Below the pieces are notes generated by a model that saw nothing but the letters and a program-made list of their open reading frames with translations, searched no databases and had not been told where the DNA came from. The position numbers were made by a program, and so were the translations under genes. Positions 26,771 to 32,000 of a DNA stretch of 32,000 nucleotides are shown here, piece by piece (the first letter of the stretch is position 1; each line of letters starts with the position of its first letter). Source of the DNA: Geotalea daltonii FRC-32 (GTDB lineage Bacteria > Desulfobacterota > Desulfuromonadia > Geobacterales > Geobacteraceae); assembly GCF_000022265.1 (NCBI RefSeq), contig NC_011979.1:1950001-1982000 (forward strand), read 5' to 3'.

Positions 26771-27781
26771 ATGAAAAAGGGAAAAATGATCGTGACGATG
26801 GCTGTGGTCTCTGCCTTGGGGTTTGGCGGGCAGGCATTGGCAAATGATGAACTCGAAGTGGACGTGGATATCACCAAGACAGTGGAAGTGAACAAGAATT
26901 CCAACAATACGCTAGAGGTTGATGCCAGCAAAAACATTGAAGTCAAAAAAGAAGTCGAGGTAAATAAAACAATTGATTCAAATAACACCAAGGAGATTGA
27001 AGTTAATAAGACCGTAGAAGTAAAGAAAGCTGAAGGCGAAGCTGAAGGTAAAGGCAATGCAGTAGCCGTCAACGGCTCCACTTCTGACGTGACCGACAAT
27101 TCAAAAAAGCTTGAAGTCGGTGACGTCAACATAGACAAATCTACCGACAATTCAAAGAATCTTTCTGTCGGAGATGTGGACATCGATAAATCAAGCAAGG
27201 AAGTAGAGATTGAGAAAACTGAAAACGAAGCCCAGTACGGAAGCGTTGCAGCCATAGGGGGGAATGCTACGAAGGAGGAAGTGGACGGCGACATAGACAA
27301 TCTGTCAGGCGGCGCCGTGGCAGCTACCACCGGCGGCACTGCTTCCATGACAGACAGCTTCAACACTGACTCCAGCATCAACGCCACCGCCGAAGAGGGT
27401 GCCATTGCCGTCAATGCCGCAGGCGACGCTGACATCAGCACAACCGAGGAATCTTACAACAACCATGCCGAGGATCACAGTGCAGCTGCCTATAATGGCG
27501 ACGCCTACGCCCAGGAAAACTTCAACAATACCACCAACAGCAACAACCAGACCACCACCCTGACCGTCGGTGATGTGGATGTTGAAATCGCCTCCAGCGT
27601 TCTTAACGGTACAGTATCGAGCAACGTTGCCCCGACCGACGCAGAGGATGTGCCTCTGACCGGATACAATGAAATCAACGATTCCCTGGAATCTCCGAGT
27701 GGCATCACCGTCCTTTCACAGAACACCGGCTTCAGCTCACTGGTACAGCAGTCGGTCAATGTTCAGGTTAACAGGCCGTAA
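26771..27781 (+). CDS. Secreted repetitive protein (Cys- and Trp-free, N/D/E/K/T/V-rich), candidate major subunit
   Basis: AGGAGG RBS and signal peptide MKKGKMIVTMAVVSALGFGGQALA. Short xEVxK periodicity, a 17-aa tandem repeat, G/A/N-rich segments (GAIAVNAAGDA) and the C-terminal motif SGITVLSQNTGFSSLVQQSVNVQV. Confidence 0.8.
   Translation: MKKGKMIVTMAVVSALGFGGQALANDELEVDVDITKTVEVNKNSNNTLEVDASKNIEVKKEVEVNKTIDSNNTKEIEVNKTVEVKKAEGEAEGKGNAVAVNGSTSDVTDNSKKLEVGDVNIDKSTDNSKNLSVGDVDIDKSSKEVEIEKTENEAQYGSVAAIGGNATKEEVDGDIDNLSGGAVAATTGGTASMTDSFNTDSSINATAEEGAIAVNAAGDADISTTEESYNNHAEDHSAAAYNGDAYAQENFNNTTNSNNQTTTLTVGDVDVEIASSVLNGTVSSNVAPTDAEDVPLTGYNEINDSLESPSGITVLSQNTGFSSLVQQSVNVQVNRP
27092..27193 (+). 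repeat. Two imperfect tandem 51-nt repeats inside the secreted-protein gene
   Basis: TDNSKKLEVGDVNIDKS / TDNSKNLSVGDVDIDKS, about 73% nucleotide identity by eye. Confidence 0.8.
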
Positions 27782-27796
27782 GTGCAAATCACATGT

Positions 27797-27836
27797 TCAC
27801 CCCGGTGATGCATACGCGTCACCGGGTGCTTTTTTG
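27797..27836 (+). terminator. Intrinsic terminator/attenuator after the first secreted-protein gene
   Basis: CACCCCGGTGA-N10-TCACCGGGTG (one bulge) followed by CT6. Confidence 0.7.
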
Positions 27837-27876
27837 CCGAATTTAAATTTAGCTGCACCCATAAGGAGGCAGGAAA

Positions 27877-28278
27877 ATGCGAAGATCGACAAAAGCCCTG
27901 TTTGCCCTACTGGCTTTGTCTGCTGCCACCATCTCGGCTCAAGGGGCTTCGGCCAATGGAATCGGCCCAGGATCAGCCGGGGAGATGGTGACTACGGCCG
28001 ACCTGGAACTGGGGCAGTCATTAACCAACGAAAATCTGGATGACTTGACCGGACGGCAGAACATGAACGTGGACCAGCTCGACATGCAGCTAAACACTGC
28101 AACGCAATTGGGTGAGGCAGATGGTAACCTTATTAATGATTCGAACCTCACCACCGGCGCCAACGGCATCAGCGGCAACGCCTTTGCCCAGGCGAGCGGC
28201 CTGGTGACGGTGATCCAGAACTCTGGCAACCAGGTCCTGATTCAGAACGACCTGATCATGAATCTGACGGTGAAATGA
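27877..28278 (+). CDS. Small secreted protein sharing the C-terminal QN(S/T)G motif
   Basis: GGAGG RBS, signal peptide MRRSTKALFALLALSAATISAQG, and C-terminus SGLVTVIQNSGNQVLIQNDLIMNLTV. Confidence 0.75.
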   Translation: MRRSTKALFALLALSAATISAQGASANGIGPGSAGEMVTTADLELGQSLTNENLDDLTGRQNMNVDQLDMQLNTATQLGEADGNLINDSNLTTGANGISGNAFAQASGLVTVIQNSGNQVLIQNDLIMNLTVK

Positions 28279-28982
28279 AGCGTATGAAGCATTCCATATT
28301 ACCCGTTGCCTTTTTTGCATTGCTACCCATTCTTTTTGTGATATCGCCGGTCGAGGCGGGTACCATAGTGGTCCCCGGCGTGACCGGCGGTGCTTTTACC
28401 GTGAAGGTGACGAGTATAAAAGAAGCGCGTTTCCGTACCACGGTCCACCAGCAGTACGACTTCAGCTGTGGATCGGCGGCGCTGGCAACGCTGTTGACCT
28501 ATAATTACGAAGAGCCCGTTACGGAACAGGAAGTATTCAAGGCCATGTTCGACAAGGGGAATAAGGAGAAGATCCGTAGGGAAGGCTTTTCATTGCTGGA
28601 TATGAAGAATTACCTGGAGGAGAATGGCTACAAAGCTGCCGGGTACAAGGTAACCCTCGACCGGCTGTCGCAGATCGGCGTGCCGGCCATTGTGCTGATC
28701 AACATCAGGGGGTACAAACATTTTGTGGTGGTCAAGGGGGTTTCGGCAAAGTCGGTACTGGTCTCGGACCCGGCCGTTGGGGCCAAGACCATTCCCCGGG
28801 CCGAGTTTGAATCCACCTGGAACGGACTGATTTTCATCATATTGAACAAGAAAAATGTAGCTAAAAATTACTTCAACCGCGATCGAGAATGGCATGTCAA
28901 GGAGAAAGCGCCACTGGGCTTGGCCTTGAGCCCCAGCGAGCTTGCCAGCGTGACCTTGATGCTGCCGGGAGTATTGCGATGA
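28275..28982 (+). CDS. Signal-peptide-bearing (periplasmic) C39-family cysteine peptidase-like protein
   Basis: ATGA overlap with the upstream gene and an N-terminal signal peptide. QQYDFSCGSAALATLL (Gln plus catalytic Cys, TGT at 28467-28469) and YKHFVVVKG...VSDPAVG (His and Asp) match the C39 catalytic pattern. Confidence 0.85.
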   Translation: MKRMKHSILPVAFFALLPILFVISPVEAGTIVVPGVTGGAFTVKVTSIKEARFRTTVHQQYDFSCGSAALATLLTYNYEEPVTEQEVFKAMFDKGNKEKIRREGFSLLDMKNYLEENGYKAAGYKVTLDRLSQIGVPAIVLINIRGYKHFVVVKGVSAKSVLVSDPAVGAKTIPRAEFESTWNGLIFIILNKKNVAKNYFNRDREWHVKEKAPLGLALSPSELASVTLMLPGVLR

Positions 28983-29485
28983 CGCCAAAGGGGAAAGACC
29001 ATATGTGGAAAATCGCCCTATTGTTGGCAATAGTGATGTCTGCAACCAGTACGGCTTATGGGGATTGGGCGGAATGCAGGGACTGCAGCTCCCTTGCTGC
29101 CCAGGACCTTGAGCTGATCCGCGGTGGCTACCAGACCGGAGACGGCCTGGAGGTTTCTTTCGGCATCGAAAAGGCTGTGTTTATTAACGGCATACTGCAG
29201 GCTACCAGTACCTTGAACGTCCCGCTGCTGGGTGGCGAGTCGAGTCAGGCCCTGTCGGGCAACGTTCTGGCCGACAGGGCCATGACGATCCAGAAGGGCG
29301 CCGGCAATTCCATCGATATGGCCGGTGGTCGGGAGGGACTGTTTACCTTCATCCAAAACAGCCTCGATTTTGCCGCGATCAAGAACGTTACCCGCATAGA
29401 TGCCACGGTTAATGTCCTCAATACTTATCGCAACATGAATCTGAGGTCTTTGATCAACGAACAGCTGATCAATGCAATGAAATAA
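28979..29485 (+). CDS. Secreted protein with CxxC, double-glycine-leader-like motif and the shared C-terminal motif
   Basis: ATGA overlap with the C39 gene (alternative start ATG 29003). Signal peptide WKIALLLAIVMSATSTAYG, then AECRDCSSLAAQDLELIRGG. C-terminal region GLFTFIQNSLDFAAIKNVTRIDATVNV. Confidence 0.7.
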   Translation: MTPKGKDHMWKIALLLAIVMSATSTAYGDWAECRDCSSLAAQDLELIRGGYQTGDGLEVSFGIEKAVFINGILQATSTLNVPLLGGESSQALSGNVLADRAMTIQKGAGNSIDMAGGREGLFTFIQNSLDFAAIKNVTRIDATVNVLNTYRNMNLRSLINEQLINAMK

Positions 29486-29512
29486 AACATATCTGCCATG
29501 ACGGCTCATATG

Positions 29513-29555
29513 AAAAGCCGCCAATCCCAGTTTTTGGGGCTGGCGGCTTTTTTTT
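29513..29555. terminator. Bidirectional intrinsic terminator between the secreted-protein operon and the convergent barrel gene
   Basis: AAAAGCCGCCAATCCCA-GTTTT-TGGGGCTGGCGGCTTTTTTTT, with A-run and T-run flanks serving both strands. Confidence 0.8.
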
Positions 29556-29648
29556 CGGACAATGGACAGCCCCGGCTGCCGCGATTCGGCAATTTCATAG
29601 TAGTGAGCATGGGGTGCTTCCTTCCAGGAGGGAAAAGTACCGGACGAT

Positions 29649-30854
29649 CTACTTTCCCGTGAGCAGGAAACTGGTGGGAAGCCTCAAGGTCAACTGCACA
29701 TTGGAGGCGGCCGGCGTCAGTCCTGCGCCTATGGAGAAATTGGCCGATGTTTTTTCGGTCAACTTGTAGGAAAAGCCGAAGAGAAGGCTCCCCACCTGGG
29801 TGATGATCGAGCCGGGAATTTCGGTGCCGTCGATCTTCGGCTTGCCCAGGACGATATGGTCGTAGCCGATGCTGAAGGAGGATTTTTCGTTGAGTGCCAC
29901 ACCGATACCGAAGTTGAAGCCGATGGTGTCCCCCGGGTCCATTCTGCCTTGGCCCGGGACCTTTCTCGCCATATTCCACATGTAGCTCACGGTGCCGAAA
30001 AATACTGCCGGGTCGGAAGAAAAGATGGCGCTGATCCCCGGTTGGATGCCCCAGAAGCCCGACCCCGTGGGAAGTTCCGTCTGCAACGGTACCCCCGATG
30101 GGCTGGTCACGTTGGTCGCGGTGGGAACCTCGAAGGGATCCTTGCCGGTGATGGATTTTACCCGCAGGTTGGCGATGAAATAGGGACCGTTTCCCCCCGG
30201 CTGGTTAAGCTGAAAACGGGGACCGAATTCGACGTCACCCATATTGTTCCCGTCGGCGGTGAACACACTTGCCGGTATCCGGTTGCCCGTATTGGGATCG
30301 GTAGTCGGTTCGAACGAGGTGGAATCGGAACGGTAGACGTAGGGGACCCTGGCTTCGAATTCTACCCGGTTGGTGATGCCGTAGCGTGCTCCCAGGGAGA
30401 CGACGTAGGTATTGCTGTTGACGTTCCGCACATCGATGAGCCCGATGGTGAAGGAGGGAATGATAGTATAGCCGCTCAGTGCCACACGGTTGGAGGAGGA
30501 ATTGGAGAACTGGAATGATGGCTCCAGGACCAGCGTTCCCTTGGGGGTCAGTACCCCCGGTTGATCGAAGATCGGAGCTATATCCGGCGTCCGCGCTTCT
30601 CCAGGCTGCCCAACCGGCGGCTCATGAATATGCGTCCTAGTTGCCTCGGTGCGCATTTCTTTTTTCGCCTCGTCTGCTTTGGCAGTTGCCTTCTTTTCAT
30701 TTCCTTTTTTGGTGGAGGTGATTTCCCGGTCCTGTTCCGGCGGCCGGTTTTTTCCTTTGCCGGGGGGGGGAGACTCTGCGCAAAACGAATTTGCAGACAG
30801 CAACATCAAAGCCACCCAGACGCAGGCGGTAATGGTTTTTCCACGAGCAGGCAT
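29649..30854 (-). CDS. Outer-membrane beta-barrel protein with charged low-complexity N-terminal extension
   Basis: Signal peptide, then an ~80-aa K/E/P-rich segment (KKGNEKKATAKADEAKKEMRTEA...PPVGQPGEARTP). After that come alternating amphipathic strands (LGARYGITNRVEFEARVPYVY, FGFSYKL, NVQLTLRLP). It resembles 'transporter'/MetA-phenol-degradation-type barrels from memory. GGAGGA RBS. Confidence 0.75.
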   Translation of the reverse strand: MPARGKTITACVWVALMLLSANSFCAESPPPGKGKNRPPEQDREITSTKKGNEKKATAKADEAKKEMRTEATRTHIHEPPVGQPGEARTPDIAPIFDQPGVLTPKGTLVLEPSFQFSNSSSNRVALSGYTIIPSFTIGLIDVRNVNSNTYVVSLGARYGITNRVEFEARVPYVYRSDSTSFEPTTDPNTGNRIPASVFTADGNNMGDVEFGPRFQLNQPGGNGPYFIANLRVKSITGKDPFEVPTATNVTSPSGVPLQTELPTGSGFWGIQPGISAIFSSDPAVFFGTVSYMWNMARKVPGQGRMDPGDTIGFNFGIGVALNEKSSFSIGYDHIVLGKPKIDGTEIPGSIITQVGSLLFGFSYKLTEKTSANFSIGAGLTPAASNVQLTLRLPTSFLLTGK

Positions 30855-30871
30855 CGAAATCCTCCAAAGAA

Positions 30872-30891
30872 AAATTAATTCGAATTAATTT
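30872..30891. promoter_or_regulatory. Perfect 20-bp palindrome (candidate operator) just upstream of the barrel gene
   Basis: AAATTAATTCGAATTAATTT is its own reverse complement. Extra AAATTAAT copies lie at 30899-30906 and 30992-30999. Confidence 0.5.
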
Positions 30892-30985
30892 GATTGCTTA
30901 AATTAATCCAATGGCGGCCGGATGTCAATGACCAGCTCAAATTTTTTTTTCAGGGAGACGCGAGCAAAAATATTTTTAAGTAAAT

Positions 30986-31013
30986 TTGTAAAAATTAATT
31001 TGTGATATATAAT
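30986..31013 (+). promoter_or_regulatory. Candidate sigma-70 promoter for the adhesin gene
   Basis: TTGTAA-N16-TATAAT, ~110 nt upstream of the GTG at 31122. Confidence 0.4.
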
Positions 31014-31121
31014 TAGTCACGCCCGCCGGTCATGTGGATGACAGGTGGAGAGCAAGGTTAAGCGATCGGCGCCCAACCAATGAATACTTGTTTCTCTTGT
31101 TATCGGACAGGAGGGGGTAAC

Positions 31122-32000
31122 GTGAACGGTATAAAAACGATTATCTGGTTGTATATCCTCATTACATTCGCTGTTTTCTCGGCCGTTCCCGACATTCATG
31201 CCGCCACACCTTCCGCAACACCAATAGCAGACGTCACCCAAAACGAGGCTGATATCATCAACCTTGACGTGGCAGGCTCTTTCAGCGATGGGGATGGCCA
31301 CACGCTTACTTTCACCGCCACCGGCCTGCCCGAAGGCATTGGCATCAGCTCTGCCGGGCTTATTTCGGGAAAGCTGCCGAAGGTGACGGCGAATACCTCC
31401 TATAGGGTGACGGTGACCGCCACAGACCTGAGTAATCTTACTGCCGACCAGAGTTTCACCCTGACGGTCATCAACAGCATTAACGAGCTTCCTGTCCTGG
31501 CCCGCAATACCGTGCTCAGAATCAACCAGGATGCCGCTGCCGGTACCATCGGTAATAACTATTTGCAGCTTACGGATGAAAACAATCCCGGTGCCAGCTC
31601 CCTGACCTACACCCTGACCGCCGTGCCGGTCAAAGGGACCCTGCAAAAAGGGAACTCACCCCTCGCTGTCGGCGCCACCATTACCCAGGCGGACATCGAC
31701 GCCGGTTCCATCAGCTTCGCTCCTTCGGGGAGCGCCAACGGCGCCGACGGTTTTTCCTTTACCTACACGGACGACGTCGGGGAAACACAGGGTCCAGCGG
31801 TTTTCACCATCACCATCGTCGATAATATACCGCCGACCATGAACGGCACTGCCGTGTATGTGGACTCGACCCATGTGGAGGTGACCTTCAGCGAGGAGGT
31901 TAAAGGCGCGGATCTCCCGGCCAATTACACGGCAGACAACGGCCTGACCATAACCGGAGCGACGCCGGTTAGCGCGAATACCTATCGTCTCACCACCTCA
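31122..32000 (+). CDS. Large surface protein/adhesin with Ig-like (dystroglycan/cadherin-type) repeats, 5' part (open at the window end)
   Basis: GTG start with GGAGGGGG RBS, open for 293 codons to the window end. Signal peptide MNGIKTIIWLYILITFAVFSAVPDIHA. FSDGDGHTLTFTATGLPEGIGISSAGLISGK...YRVTVTATD is typical of putative-Ig/cadherin-like domains. Next comes a domain with the pattern LTYTLTAVPVKGTL...ITQADIDAGSISFAP...FSFTYTD. Confidence 0.8.
   Translation, partial: MNGIKTIIWLYILITFAVFSAVPDIHAATPSATPIADVTQNEADIINLDVAGSFSDGDGHTLTFTATGLPEGIGISSAGLISGKLPKVTANTSYRVTVTATDLSNLTADQSFTLTVINSINELPVLARNTVLRINQDAAAGTIGNNYLQLTDENNPGASSLTYTLTAVPVKGTLQKGNSPLAVGATITQADIDAGSISFAPSGSANGADGFSFTYTDDVGETQGPAVFTITIVDNIPPTMNGTAVYVDSTHVEVTFSEEVKGADLPANYTADNGLTITGATPVSANTYRLTTS

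Noticed and set aside
26602-27441. 279-aa minus-strand ORF
   Set aside because: It is antisense to the secreted repetitive protein gene, and its Ser/Leu/Thr-rich low-complexity translation mirrors the sense repeats. The sense gene has an RBS, a signal peptide and a sigma-54 promoter.
30895-30910. Sigma-54-like GG-N10-GC element (TGGATT-N5-AAGCA) on the minus strand upstream of the barrel gene
   Set aside because: Only the GG/GC dinucleotides and a few flanking bases match. At this stringency, one or two chance hits are expected in a 270-bp region, so co-regulation by the EBP is not claimed.
31020-31121. c-di-GMP/cGAMP (GEMM) riboswitch in the adhesin 5' leader
   Set aside because: I looked for the conserved GEMM-I blocks (GCAAA...GACGCAAAGCC-type) and did not find them.
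31017-31874. Minus-strand ORFs of 209 and 72 aa
   Set aside because: They are antisense to a plus-strand frame that stays open to the window end and encodes a signal peptide plus Ig/cadherin-like repeats. The Gly/Arg-rich antisense translation is typical of a shadow frame.

Overview
This is a 32-kb chromosomal segment whose gene families suggest a Desulfuromonadota / Geobacter-like organism; that taxon is an inference I cannot verify here. From 0 to 24.8 kb the content is mostly ordinary. It holds the 5' end of a DEAD-box helicase, a PIN-type toxin-antitoxin pair, trmB and a large MCP. It also holds a ~980-aa large-form NAD-glutamate-dehydrogenase-like gene, a cspA-family gene, and DUF4136-like and DUF4382-like lipoproteins. 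Further genes are a protein with a degenerate diadenylate-cyclase-like C-terminus, cheD, tRNA-Sec (selC) next to an AT-rich methyltransferase gene and a truncated hipA/yjjJ-like fragment, and a CNNM/CorC transporter. An htpX-terC pair sits behind a yybP-ykoY (Mn2+) riboswitch that carries an unusually large insertion. An ANTAR response regulator and a HlyD + 2 ATPase + 2 ABC-2 permease exporter operon complete this part. The most interesting part is 24.9-32 kb. A PilZ-zinc-ribbon-AAA+ sigma-54 activator is followed by a textbook -24/-12 promoter. That promoter drives four co-directional genes: three Sec-signal proteins sharing a C-terminal G-x-x-T-x-I-Q-N-S/T-G motif, plus a signal-peptide-bearing (periplasmic) C39 cysteine peptidase with intact catalytic residues. 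One of the three secreted proteins carries a double-glycine-leader-like motif just after its signal peptide. A convergent outer-membrane beta-barrel with a charged N-terminal extension shares a bidirectional terminator with this operon. An AT-rich palindrome-bearing control region and the start of a large Ig/cadherin-like adhesin follow. I interpret this as a candidate c-di-GMP/sigma-54-controlled extracellular fibre (Fap-like or new) secretion module. That interpretation is inference and needs database and experimental checks.
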